This document shows, piece by piece, positions 37,764 to 46,545 of a stretch of DNA of 64,000 bases (within the stretch, counting starts at the first letter, position 1; every line of letters starts with the position of its first letter). The stretch lies in IMG/VR virus record IMGVR_UViG_3300044693_000247, positions 1 through 64,000 of that record, one strand, 5' to 3'. This DNA is from a virus. Its lineage: Duplodnaviria; Caudoviricetes. Position numbers and translations under genes: made by a program. Below the pieces are notes generated by a model. The model was not told the origin of the DNA. It searched no databases and saw only the letters and a program-made list of their open reading frames with translations.

Positions 37764-38587
37764 GAGACGCCGGCTCGACCGAGGTATCCGAGCGTCTCCC
37801 GATTCATGAGCTCGTGGCCGTTTACCAGAAGGCCGAGGCCGACATCTGCGCCGCCTTCGGACTGATCGATGGCGCCCTCGGACGTCTAAATGTCGCCCTG
37901 GCTGGCAATCTGGATTTCGGCCTCAAGTCGCGTCTCGACACGAGGGACCGTTACTCGTGGGACGATCCGACCGATACGCTCGCGGAGCTTCGCCGCGACG
38001 TCTGGGGCCGCCTCCTCGAGCGCATGCAGGTCCGCAAGATGATGAGCGTGCAGGCATGGAAGGATCTGCAGGATCGCCTCAAGCACGACAATCCGCCAGA
38101 GATCACGACCGAGAACGTCGAGTCGTTGGTGGCGCAGTTCCAGGAGGAGGCTCCCGCGATGCTCAAACAGGCCGTGCTCGAGGTCTTCGAGTGGCTCCGT
38201 CCGCCCGGCAGCAAGTACAAGCGCAACAGCGAGTTCGAGATCGGAGAGCGGGTGGTGATCCGATGGATGATCGAAGATCCCGCGTTCTGTTCCCACTGGC
38301 GCGTGAACTACAACTACGAGCAGGAACTGATCGCGCTGGAGAACGTCTTCCGAATGCTGGACGGTAAGCTTCGCCGGGATGGTGACGGCTACTACAGCGA
38401 TGTGTCCACGGCGGTCAAGGCGATCCCGATCGGACAGCCCTGCGCCGGCGTCACCGAATACATCGAGTTCCGCGGCTTCCGCAACCGCAACCTGCACATG
38501 AGGTTTCTCCGCATGGACCTGGTCGCCAAGCTCAACGCCATCGCGGGCGGCGCGCGGCTCAAGCCGGTCGAGGCGGACGCACGTTGA
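37760..38587 (+). CDS. DUF4942 domain protein
   Basis: FEWLRP..SKYKRN.EF.IG.RVVI, L.ALENVF..LDG, FRGFRNRNLHMRF.R.DLVAKLNAIAGG. Confidence 0.75.
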   Translation: MRDAGSTEVSERLPIHELVAVYQKAEADICAAFGLIDGALGRLNVALAGNLDFGLKSRLDTRDRYSWDDPTDTLAELRRDVWGRLLERMQVRKMMSVQAWKDLQDRLKHDNPPEITTENVESLVAQFQEEAPAMLKQAVLEVFEWLRPPGSKYKRNSEFEIGERVVIRWMIEDPAFCSHWRVNYNYEQELIALENVFRMLDGKLRRDGDGYYSDVSTAVKAIPIGQPCAGVTEYIEFRGFRNRNLHMRFLRMDLVAKLNAIAGGARLKPVEADAR

Positions 38588-38621
38588 CCGCCCGCCGCCC
38601 GTCCTGATATGCGTATCTGAT

Positions 38622-38822
38622 ATGGGCTACTCCGAGGACCCGAAGACCAGGCGCCTGCCGCCGATCGCTCTCACCGAGGTGCAGCACGAGCAGATCCGGA
38701 AGCTGGCCGAGCGGTTCAACATGCCGGTCGCGAGCTACGTGCGGGCCCGGGCGTTGGGGAAACTGCATGAGGCGTGCGTGGATGAATCGGCGCCGTCTTC
38801 GCGTCGCGCGCGCAAGAAGTGA
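38622..38822 (+). CDS. Ribbon-helix-helix (MobC/CopG-like) regulator
   Basis: IALTEVQHEQIRKLAERFNMPVASYVRARALG. Confidence 0.75.
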   Translation: MGYSEDPKTRRLPPIALTEVQHEQIRKLAERFNMPVASYVRARALGKLHEACVDESAPSSRRARKK

Positions 38823-38829
38823 CCAATCC

Positions 38830-39291
38830 TCACTCCACCGGCGCCCTCACCCGGACCCCGCCCGGCCCCCACACCTTCAGCCGCTCGGGCCGGTCCGGGT
38901 TCTGGCTGCAGTAGAACCACCAGCGGCCGTCTGGCAGCTCCGGCGACCGGTAGCAGTGGGCCTTCCCCTCGCGTGCGATCTCGACCGCCGTCACCCTCAG
39001 CATCGCCGCCAGCGTTGGGGCGTGCTCGCCTCCGAGGAGGACCTCGCCACCGCACCACGGACAGCGGAGGTGCGGGGCGGTCGTGGGCTCAGTGATGGGC
39101 TCCGGGGCCTCGAGCGCGCGTAGGGGAGCGGCAGGAGCGATCGGAGGCGTCGGTGGCTCGGCCGGGCCCGAGGGCTCGTCGGCTACGAGGTCAACGTCGA
39201 ACGTGAGATCGTCGAGCAGCTCCGGCGGCGGCTCGCGCACCTCGGTGGCCGGCTCGTCGGCGAACTCGTCTGCGGGGTCGCGGTCGGTCAT
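38830..39291 (-). CDS. Hypothetical protein with acidic/Pro-rich N-terminus and CPWC motif
   Basis: ATG at 39291. Confidence 0.55.
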   Translation of the reverse strand: MTDRDPADEFADEPATEVREPPPELLDDLTFDVDLVADEPSGPAEPPTPPIAPAAPLRALEAPEPITEPTTAPHLRCPWCGGEVLLGGEHAPTLAAMLRVTAVEIAREGKAHCYRSPELPDGRWWFYCSQNPDRPERLKVWGPGGVRVRAPVE

Positions 39292-39369
39292 GGTAGTCTC
39301 ATGCACAAGTCCCAAGCGCGTCCGCGATTGCGGAAGGGCACCCCGGGCCAACCGGGGCAACTGCGCCAG

Positions 39370-39399
39370 GCCCCGGCGGTTATCCTCCGGGGCTTTTTT
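39370..39399 (+). terminator. Rho-independent terminator
   Basis: GCCCCGG...CCGGGGC stem followed by TTTTTT; a second CCCCGG/CCGGGG hairpin lies just upstream. Confidence 0.65.
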
Positions 39400-39574
39400 C
39401 GTGCGCCTCCGCTGGCGGTATCTCACCCCGCGCCCCGAACGCCTCTTCGTGCCGCAGGCGTGCGTCCTCGGTCTGCTCAGCGACCTGGGCAGGGGCATCG
39501 GGCGCCACCGGTGCCCGGCCGCCGAAGTCGGGCTCGGCGCGGGCGAGCAGCGCGCAGAGGAGCGCAGCGATCAC
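39380..39574 (-). CDS. Small signal-peptide protein after the endolysin (spanin-like candidate)
   Basis: MIAALLCALLA hydrophobic N-terminus; GTGA coupling to the endolysin. Confidence 0.4.
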   Translation of the reverse strand: MIAALLCALLARAEPDFGGRAPVAPDAPAQVAEQTEDARLRHEEAFGARGEIPPAEAHEKSPGG

Positions 39575-40083
39575 GCGACACCGGGCGGCGGCTGGGCGGC
39601 GCGGTCCATCACGAGGTAGCCGAGGAGCACGCCCCCGTGCGTCTTCTCCGGCTGGCCGCTGTGCCTGGCGACGCAGTTCCCTTCACGGCCGCCGTGGTCG
39701 TTGAAGGTGTTCCCGCTGATCTCGGTCCCGACGTTGCCTAGGCCGTCCAGGCTCTCGACGATCCCGACGTGGCCGGTGCTCTCCGAGTGCTTGAGCACGT
39801 AGATCGCACCCACGGTTGGATTGCTGTCACGGCAGATGGGCTCGGTCAGCGACCAGAGCTTCAACGTCGATCCGGTGCGCGGGAGAGGGTTGACCAGCGT
39901 CAGGCGCTTCGCCGCCTCGTCGAACACCGTCCACAGGAACGCGGCACACCACGCCTCGCCCGGCGGCAGGCGCACGTTCGCCAGGAAGCGGTCGACGTCT
40001 GGGCCGCGGTTCTGGCCGCCCTGCTCGTGAACGCCGAGGTACGAGACCGCGATCTCGAGCGCGACTTCGGTCAGCGTGGGCAT
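39571..40083 (-). CDS. CHAP-domain endolysin / peptidoglycan hydrolase
   Basis: N.GP.VD.FL...AWCAAF (catalytic Cys), GHVGIV (His), EISGNT. Confidence 0.88.
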   Translation of the reverse strand: MPTLTEVALEIAVSYLGVHEQGGQNRGPDVDRFLANVRLPPGEAWCAAFLWTVFDEAAKRLTLVNPLPRTGSTLKLWSLTEPICRDSNPTVGAIYVLKHSESTGHVGIVESLDGLGNVGTEISGNTFNDHGGREGNCVARHSGQPEKTHGGVLLGYLVMDRAAQPPPGVA

Positions 40084-40132
40084 GCGCGCAGCGTCGCACG
40101 AGGATGCGCGCGCCCAAGTTCCGCGGGGCGTT

Positions 40133-40336
40133 TCAGAAGTAGCGCATCGTCGGGTCCGGCACCTGCATCATCACGGGCCGCCTGCGCCGAGTTCGACGCG
40201 ACATCGTCTCTTTGATCCCCGCCTTCCGCATCGCCTCGCCGGGCGTCCGTCCGCTGCCGATCACGCGGGTCATGTCCGGGTCGAGGATCACCCACCGGCC
40301 GGGCCGCTGGTCCTTGAGCAGGCCGGACAGGTCCAT
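40133..40336 (-). CDS. DUF5678-like small protein
   Basis: GRWVILD...VIGSGRTPGEAMRKA pattern. Confidence 0.6.
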   Translation of the reverse strand: MDLSGLLKDQRPGRWVILDPDMTRVIGSGRTPGEAMRKAGIKETMSRRTRRRRPVMMQVPDPTMRYF

Positions 40337-41283
40337 CAGAACGCCACCGCGCACCCCGCCCGCCGGCCGCCCACCGCGCACGCAATCCGGTGCCGCTCCA
40401 CCAGCCACACCGCTGCCGCCGTCCCCAGGAGCAGCCCCGCCGTCACGTACCCCGTGATCGCCAGGGACCTTGCTGCAGTGCCGTCGTCGTAGAGCTGCTG
40501 GCAGACCAGCCCACCGCGGCCCGTCGCCGCGGCGTTGCAGAAGGGGTTGGCGTCGAACGCTGCCGCCCGGCTCTGCCACCGGGCGTGCTCGATCACGGCC
40601 AGGGTGAGCGGGAGCATGGCGACCGAGGCGAGCGCGACCGGAGCGGTCAGGATCGGAGGCGGCGGGCAGGCCAGGCAGGGCGCGCGTGGGGCCGGCGGTT
40701 GGAGCTCGGGCGCGAGCGGCGGCGGGACGAACGGCGGGGGATCGAGCGGGCGCAGGTCGAAGAACTGCTGCACCACCGGGGCGACTGGGCCCGGCGCTGG
40801 GACTGCCGCCGGCTTCGGCGCCTCCTGTTCCGGTTTTGCCGCCTCATTTGAGGACGAGAAACCGGAAGTCGGCGCCGCCCGCGCGGCCCGCCGAACGCCT
40901 GCGATCTCCCGCGCCGCCCGCAGGCACACCGCCATGTTGCCGCCCGCCCAGGCGGTCGCCCGGTCCGACCGCATCCGGTCAACGACCCGCCGCTCCACCT
41001 CGGCGGCGCCGTGCGCCTTGACCACCATGCCGGATCCGCCGCCCGAGATCGCCACCCGGGTCTCCCGGCCATCGGCCCCGTCCGCGCCCTCGGACACCGA
41101 CACCTTGCCGGCGCCCGTCTCCTCGACGCAGGTCAAGAATGCGACGAACGCCGACGTGAAGCACTCGCCCTTGTACGGGCGTGTCCCGGTCGGACACCGG
41201 GGCGCAGCCGGCGCGCGCTCACCGTCGCTGGCGGCCAGAAGGCCGACGAGGACAAGGCACCAGGCGAGCGGAGAGCGGGACAC
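40336..41283 (-). CDS. Secreted/membrane protein with a myxobacterial PEGA-protein-like C-terminal TM region
   Basis: Signal peptide, Pro-rich linker, TM...FD..C...C..L.D.G...R.LAITG...G.LLGTAAAVWL. Confidence 0.6.
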   Translation of the reverse strand: MSRSPLAWCLVLVGLLAASDGERAPAAPRCPTGTRPYKGECFTSAFVAFLTCVEETGAGKVSVSEGADGADGRETRVAISGGGSGMVVKAHGAAEVERRVVDRMRSDRATAWAGGNMAVCLRAAREIAGVRRAARAAPTSGFSSSNEAAKPEQEAPKPAAVPAPGPVAPVVQQFFDLRPLDPPPFVPPPLAPELQPPAPRAPCLACPPPPILTAPVALASVAMLPLTLAVIEHARWQSRAAAFDANPFCNAAATGRGGLVCQQLYDDGTAARSLAITGYVTAGLLLGTAAAVWLVERHRIACAVGGRRAGCAVAF

Positions 41284-41813
41284 GGCCGGATCCTCGCACG
41301 GGGCGCGGGTGGGCCAAGAAGCGCGGGGCGCTCAGACGCCAACCGGGCACGGCGCGGCGTGGCGGCCCTGATCGCCTTCTCTCGACCATTGCGCTCGGCT
41401 CCGATCTCGGCCGCCTTCGCGGTCAGTGGCTCGCTAACCTTCGCTGCTTCTTTCGCTGCTGCAAACGCGCGCTTGGCCTCTGTCTTCGCCGTGCGTGCGG
41501 CCTCGAGCCTCCCTCTCAGCTCCGGCGGGATGGCGCGCTTGCGGGTGGCGGCCTTGTGCGCCTGCACTTCTGTCTGTACGGCGTCGAGCGCCACGATCGC
41601 GTCCTTGAGCGCTTGCTCGGCAGCGGCGTACTCGGGGACCAGAGCAGAGCGGGCCTCGCGATAGGCGGTTCGGGATGCGCGCGCGATCTCGATCCGGTTG
41701 TTGTAGTGGCGGCCGTACTCGTGGAATTGGGCTGCGGCTTCCGGCGGCGGTTCGCCATCGGGCGTGAGCCAGCGAAGGAAGAACTTGTAGGTGTACGACT
41801 GCGTTGGTTTCAC
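41133..41813 (-). pseudogene. Probable truncated Cas12m (type V-M/V-U1)/large TnpB-like N-terminal fragment lacking RuvC
   Basis: YKF.L...QF...RHYNNRIEIAR..R.AYREAR, then a long Ala/Glu/Lys/Arg coiled coil (KAATRKRAIPPELRGRLEAAR...) ending at KAIRAAT, where homologues continue YWGTY; the remainder overlaps the next gene. Confidence 0.5.
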
Positions 41814-42175
41814 GGCGTCCCCATCGTCCACGCCGGACAGTCATCGCACGTCGGACCAGCGCAATACATCCCGCCCGGCAGCACGCAATCGGTGACCGGC
41901 TCCGCCTGCGTGTTCCCCGGCGAGAACTGCAGGCACTTGTACAAGCACGCCGGGTGACCAGGGCACGGAGACGAAGGCGCCTCGACCGTCCAGCCGTCGT
42001 TCACGGAGCAGGCGGGGCCGGCGTCGAAGCCATCGGAGGCCGTGGTCGCGTCGAGGGCTCCGCCATCGGATCCGCCGTCACCCCCGATCACGATCACGGG
42101 GTTGTTGTTGAACGTCGGGCAGGCGGGGAAGACAGCGAGCGCGAACGCGAACGCGATCAGAAGAGTGGGCTTCAA
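41810..42175 (-). CDS. Cys-rich lipoprotein-like protein (myxobacterial DGG/DAG linker)
   Basis: Signal peptide ending ...FPAC; DGGSDGGALDA linker; multiple Cys. Confidence 0.7.
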   Translation of the reverse strand: MKPTLLIAFAFALAVFPACPTFNNNPVIVIGGDGGSDGGALDATTASDGFDAGPACSVNDGWTVEAPSSPCPGHPACLYKCLQFSPGNTQAEPVTDCVLPGGMYCAGPTCDDCPAWTMGTP

Positions 42176-43257
42176 GTGGGCCTCCGATTCAGGGTATCAC
42201 CGAGGGGAAATGGGCCAACATCCGCGTACGCGAACCACCTCTTGAGTCCGCCGATCGGCCTCTCGATCACCCACCACGACACGCTGGCCGCCGCGACGGT
42301 CACCGCCAACGACGTACCCGCCCACAGATACGTTCCGTGCCGGTGCCTGGTCAGCGGGTACAGCAGCCACAATGCCGGCGAGTGGAACAGGTACACCGCG
42401 TACGAGATCCGTCCGACGTAAACCGCCGGGCGCCAGCCGAGCACGCGCGCGAACACAGGCGCTCGTCTCTGCCACAGGTGCAGCACGAGCACCGACGTCC
42501 AGACGGCGCAGGCCAGGTACTCCAGCGATATCCCCGCTCGGGCGACGTGGCTTTTCGGCCAGTGGTGGCGGATCGCCAGCGACGCCGCGTGCACGAGGAA
42601 CGCGCCGATGCCGAGCCGACGAAGCCTCTCGGCCGGCAGTCCTCGGAGGTCCCACGCCGCAGCGCCCACGCCTACGGCCAGGGCGTCGAAGCAGAACGGC
42701 GAGAAGAACGAGCTGTAGCTGTTGAGGCCCCAGCCGAAGATGACCGCGCGGGAGACCACCCCGATCGCCACCAGCGCCAGGCCGAGCGCGATCAGATGCG
42801 ACGGACGCAAGAGCAAGATCGCCAGCGGGGCCAGCAGGTAGAAGTGCTCCTCGACGCACAGGCTCCAGAGGTGGACGAGCCGCAGGTGCTTGCCGAGCAG
42901 CAAGGCGACGTTGGTGGCGTAGGTCGCGTTCCACGGCAGCTCCGCGCGCACCTCACGGAACACGAACCACGTCACCACCAGGAACACCCAGAACACCGGC
43001 AGGATGCGCAGCGCGCGGCGCGCGTAGAACGTCCGCAGCTTGTCCCAGATCGGAGCCGCGGACTCGCGCAGGCGCAACAGGATGCCGCCGATCAGGAAGC
43101 CGGACAGCGCGAAGAAGATCCAGACGCCGATATATCCGTGCGCGATGAACGGCAGGTGAGCCAGGCGAGTCGTGTGCAGCGAGTGATACGCGAAGACCAT
43201 GAGGCAGGCCACGCATCGGAGGCCGTCGAGGGAGCGGACGTGGCGGCCGGTGGTCAT
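42172..43257 (-). CDS. Acyltransferase family 3 (OafA-like O-acetyltransferase)
   Basis: SLDGLR...VFAYH, GVWIFFALSGFLI, FYARRALRILP, HLWSLCVEEHFYL, GRISYAVYLFH. Confidence 0.95.
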   Translation of the reverse strand: MTTGRHVRSLDGLRCVACLMVFAYHSLHTTRLAHLPFIAHGYIGVWIFFALSGFLIGGILLRLRESAAPIWDKLRTFYARRALRILPVFWVFLVVTWFVFREVRAELPWNATYATNVALLLGKHLRLVHLWSLCVEEHFYLLAPLAILLLRPSHLIALGLALVAIGVVSRAVIFGWGLNSYSSFFSPFCFDALAVGVGAAAWDLRGLPAERLRRLGIGAFLVHAASLAIRHHWPKSHVARAGISLEYLACAVWTSVLVLHLWQRRAPVFARVLGWRPAVYVGRISYAVYLFHSPALWLLYPLTRHRHGTYLWAGTSLAVTVAAASVSWWVIERPIGGLKRWFAYADVGPFPLGDTLNRRPT

Positions 43258-43571
43258 GGGGTCTCGGGGGGAATGCGCGCGAGCAGATCCAGGATCGCCT
43301 TGAACCGCGCGTACCGCTCCGGGTTCTTCTTGGCCACCCATTCGTTCCCTCGTAGTTCGAGAGTCGAACGGAAGAACTCCAGGTCGGGATCGGAACGGAG
43401 CAGAGCCTCCATCTCGGGCGCCAGCTCGGTCAGGGCCTTCACGCGGGGCCATGCCTCGACGCTGTCGTGCGGATTCCGCGACCAGATCAGAGCCTCGCCG
43501 CGGGCGTCTCTGAGCGCACCGTCTTCCCAGCGCCATGGCGGCGGGTGCTTCGCGTCATTGCTCATCGTCAC
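43254..43571 (-). CDS. Hypothetical protein
   Basis: HPPPWRW...LTELAPEM pattern common in phage small ORFs. Confidence 0.6.
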   Translation of the reverse strand: MTMSNDAKHPPPWRWEDGALRDARGEALIWSRNPHDSVEAWPRVKALTELAPEMEALLRSDPDLEFFRSTLELRGNEWVAKKNPERYARFKAILDLLARIPPETP

Positions 43572-43924
43572 GGTTCTCCGAACGGATCACGTCCGAGTTC
43601 GCGGAGCAGCTTCGCCGCCGCATACAGCGTCTCGTCGTACCCGATGCCATCGAACGCGCTTCCACGGCCGCCGCCGTATTCGCTCGAGTGCTCGTCCAGC
43701 CACCCGGCGACGAGACGGTGAATCATTCCGACGAGACGCGGGTCAGCGTGCCGGGCGCGCTCCGCGAGGTCGCCGATCTCGACTACATCGAGCGGATCGA
43801 CTCGGAGGCGATCGGCGCACGCCTCGCAGATGATCGTGCCCAACTTCCCGTCGCGCTTCGCCTGATCCATCCGAGCGGCGCACGCAGAGCAGAGGTCGGC
43901 ACTGGTTGGCTTGTCGTCGGTCAT
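43568..43924 (-). CDS. Hypothetical Zn-finger protein
   Basis: CSAC and CEAC motifs; ATG at 43924. Confidence 0.6.
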   Translation of the reverse strand: MTDDKPTSADLCSACAARMDQAKRDGKLGTIICEACADRLRVDPLDVVEIGDLAERARHADPRLVGMIHRLVAGWLDEHSSEYGGGRGSAFDGIGYDETLYAAAKLLRELGRDPFGEP

Positions 43925-44304
43925 TCCGTCCGTCCTTTCTCGACCCACCGCCTTCTGCACTCGTTCACGAACCTCTCTGCCGCCGGCCACAGGCTCAGGG
44001 CAGCGTCTCGCTGGTAGGGCCCGAGGTCTTCCCGGTCTCGCACCTCGTCCGCGAGCTGCGTGATCAACTGCGACACCGCCCGCGCTCGGTCGACGAACGG
44101 CGCATCCGGCGGCGGGATCGGTCTGACGGCCAGGCACACTCGGCAGGTGACCGCGTTCCAATCGGAGGTGCAGCGGGAATCAGGCGCTTCGCTCGCGACC
44201 GTCTGACACGCGGTCGGAGCCCCAGCGGCAGGGCGATGGTGGACCCTGGATGTGGCGGCGGACTCGCGGGCGGGAGCCGGGTCGGAAAGACGAGGACGGG
44301 TCAT
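43921..44304 (-). CDS. Hypothetical protein
   Basis: Coupled ORF; VTCRVC motif. Confidence 0.5.
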   Translation of the reverse strand: MTRPRLSDPAPARESAATSRVHHRPAAGAPTACQTVASEAPDSRCTSDWNAVTCRVCLAVRPIPPPDAPFVDRARAVSQLITQLADEVRDREDLGPYQRDAALSLWPAAERFVNECRRRWVEKGRTE

Positions 44305-44651
44305 GACGTCACGGTCGCAGCTTGCGGATAAGTGGGAAGCGCTCGCCACCATCGAACGCGATCGTCCGGAACGGACGTGTAGCCCCAGAAGGTACCGCCG
44401 GGAGCGGGAACCGCGGGCACGAGCCATCCGATCTGGTCAGTCTTTCGGCCGGGCTCGAACTCGACGCGACCGTCATCGTCGACCGGCCCGTCCTTGATCT
44501 GGTCTTTGAGAGCGCACGAAGCACACAGCAGTTCGATGCGCTCGAGGAACGTCTGGTACTGTCGCCACAGCTTCACGCCGGTGGCGCCGCACGAGCTGCA
44601 CCGGTAGGACTCCGGAACGATGACCGCCGGATCGGATGGCGCGGCTGTCAC
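44301..44651 (-). CDS. Conserved phage hypothetical protein (Zn-finger)
   Basis: CSSCGATGVKLWRQYQ...DQIGWLVPAVP...FWGYTSVP. Confidence 0.7.
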   Translation of the reverse strand: MTAAPSDPAVIVPESYRCSSCGATGVKLWRQYQTFLERIELLCASCALKDQIKDGPVDDDGRVEFEPGRKTDQIGWLVPAVPAPGGTFWGYTSVPDDRVRWWRALPTYPQAATVTS

Positions 44652-45079
44652 GGCCCCTCCCAGATCAACGCATCCTGATACGTGCATGCCATGGTCCCGC
44701 CCCAGACGTACGCGATCGTCTGGTCGACGGTCTTCCCGTCCTCGGACGTCTCCACGGTCACGGTCGCGGCGTTGTTCGCAGCACCCTGATACATCGCCAT
44801 CCGGACGCAGTTGTTCGTGCTCGCCGTCGAGCCCGTGAGCACCCAGTCCGGTGAGAGCGGCTGCCCGGGGTCCGCCCAGTCCCAGGTCATGTCCGGCGAG
44901 CACGGCGAGCACTTCGGGTCGCCCGAGACCGCCTGGCAGTGGTCGCCGAACATCCCACCGACGATCGCGCAGTGGCCCGAGAACGTGGTGTCGCGGATCG
45001 GCTCCGGAGCGCCGGGAGAACCGGACGTGGCGTGGGTGCCGCAGCCGATGAGGACGAGGGCGAGGAGGAGGCGGATCAC
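44648..45079 (-). CDS. Lipoprotein
   Basis: Lipobox LIGC; Cys-rich. Confidence 0.75.
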   Translation of the reverse strand: MIRLLLALVLIGCGTHATSGSPGAPEPIRDTTFSGHCAIVGGMFGDHCQAVSGDPKCSPCSPDMTWDWADPGQPLSPDWVLTGSTASTNNCVRMAMYQGAANNAATVTVETSEDGKTVDQTIAYVWGGTMACTYQDALIWEGP

Positions 45080-45333
45080 CGGGTGGCCTTCTTCCGGTCA
45101 CGCTCCCCGGCCTGACCGACGACCTCTTGCGCACGTCGCACGGACACCGACCGGACCCAGATCGATGGCGTCATCCGGTCGCCAGGCCGCGCCTCGGACT
45201 CGATGCGCGCCGCTTCCCTGACCAGTTCCATGCTGGTGTCGTCGAGGTTGATCATAATGCGATTCCGCTGGCGCTGGGACACAGGTACGGGTGGGCGCCC
45301 CCGACCCAGGGGCTCTGATTTCTTGCGGGCCAT
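45076..45333 (-). CDS. RHH-type repressor with an N-terminal GRGRP (AT-hook-like) motif
   Basis: GRGRPP...IMINLDDTSMELVREAA...TPSIWVR; transcribed divergently from the early operon. Confidence 0.7.
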   Translation of the reverse strand: MARKKSEPLGRGRPPVPVSQRQRNRIMINLDDTSMELVREAARIESEARPGDRMTPSIWVRSVSVRRAQEVVGQAGERDRKKATR

Positions 45334-45365
45334 GTCCTTCGAGTGGTGGCAGACTCGCTCGAAAG

Positions 45366-45458
45366 AGGCAAGGATTTTCTGCAATATTCTGCAACATCAT
45401 ACCTGAACAGGATGTCAGTTATTTTTCTGTTGCACGAAATTACGGCGCGAGTTACCTT
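45366..45458. promoter_or_regulatory. Divergent control region with TTCTGCAA repeats and a rightward promoter
   Basis: AT-rich; TTCTGCAATATTCTGCAA; TTGCAC-N17-TACCTT at 45430-45458. Confidence 0.6.
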
Positions 45459-45464
45459 CTGAGC

Positions 45465-45806
45465 ATGGACATGACGACGACCTCCGCGGCGGTGAAGGCG
45501 ACCCGCTACATGATGGCCAAGCCCTGCAAGGACTGCGGCGAGCGGACCAGCGCTCTGCTGACCACACGCTACCCGGCCAGCGACGCGACCGGCGGCCCGG
45601 TGTTCTACTGCAACGGCTGGATCTGCGTGTCCTGCCGCGGCTGCGGAAAGCCGAAGATCGCGCACCTCGTTAAGGGCAAGATCTCGCACCAGCACGAGTG
45701 CGACGCCAAGTGCATGTCGTCGCGCGGCTTCAAGTGCGAGTGCTCCTGCGGCGGCAAGAACCATGGTGCCTCGTACGAGGCCGTCGCTTCGGCGGTGGGC
45801 GCGTAA
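45465..45806 (+). CDS. Cys-rich metal-binding phage protein
   Basis: CDAKCMSSRGFKCECSCGGKNHG motif. Confidence 0.75.
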   Translation: MDMTTTSAAVKATRYMMAKPCKDCGERTSALLTTRYPASDATGGPVFYCNGWICVSCRGCGKPKIAHLVKGKISHQHECDAKCMSSRGFKCECSCGGKNHGASYEAVASAVGA

Positions 45807-45832
45807 CTACGGAACGGACCCAGGACAAGGAG

Positions 45833-46087
45833 ATGACGATGACCACGATCCTCAGCAGCGGCTACAACAACGAGACCAGGCGCTACGAGCGCCGTCTGTC
45901 GGACGGCACGGTGGAGGTCCGGCGGTTTGCGGCGGTCGATGCCGACGGTAACGAGATCGGCCGGTTCGCCGAACGAGACGTCGCGGCCGGCGCGTGCCAG
46001 GACGCCGCCCGCGAGGACGACAGCGACGGCGAGGGCTACGAGGTCCGCGAGGTGTTCGTTCCCGCGTCGGAGCTGGAGGCGGAGTAG
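45833..46087 (+). CDS. Hypothetical acidic protein
   Basis: RBS AAGGAG. Confidence 0.65.
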   Translation: MTMTTILSSGYNNETRRYERRLSDGTVEVRRFAAVDADGNEIGRFAERDVAAGACQDAAREDDSDGEGYEVREVFVPASELEAE

Positions 46088-46088
46088 C

Positions 46089-46138
46089 TGACGCCCCCAC
46101 GCTGGCCCTCTACGGAGGGCGGGCGCGGCGGAATCAGC
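46089..46138 (+). repeat. Structured intergenic repeat, copy 1
   Basis: TGACGCCCCCACGCTGG-[CCCTC TACG GAGGG]-CGGGCGCGGCGGAATCAGC. Confidence 0.85.
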
Positions 46139-46173
46139 ACCGACACCACAACCACAACCACAGGAGAACGACC

Positions 46174-46545
46174 ATGATCACAGAGATCAAACACCCGACC
46201 CTGAACATTTCCGCCCCTGCCGCCGTGTGGGCGGCTGCCGGGTACACGGTGTACTCCGACGGCCAGATTTCGCACGGGCCGCACGGATTCGAGGCGCTGC
46301 TGGTGCGCTCCCTGGTCCACGTCCCCGACGACGAGCCGGGCGCCGTGCGAGTCGCCTGGGCGATGGACCAGCGGGCCAAAGAGCATGACGAGCGCACCCG
46401 GGTGACCGCCGAGGCCCGGATGGCCGACTCAATCCGTGAGCTGGCCCTGTCGTTGCGGGCCGAGTCGGCCGAGGCGCTCATCGCGCGCCTTCCGGGAAAT
46501 ATCAGGCCGTACGTGGAGACGGTGTTTCGCGCGCACAAGGGTTGA
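46174..46545 (+). CDS. Hypothetical protein bracketed by the repeats
   Basis: RBS AGGAG. Confidence 0.7.
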   Translation: MITEIKHPTLNISAPAAVWAAAGYTVYSDGQISHGPHGFEALLVRSLVHVPDDEPGAVRVAWAMDQRAKEHDERTRVTAEARMADSIRELALSLRAESAEALIARLPGNIRPYVETVFRAHKG

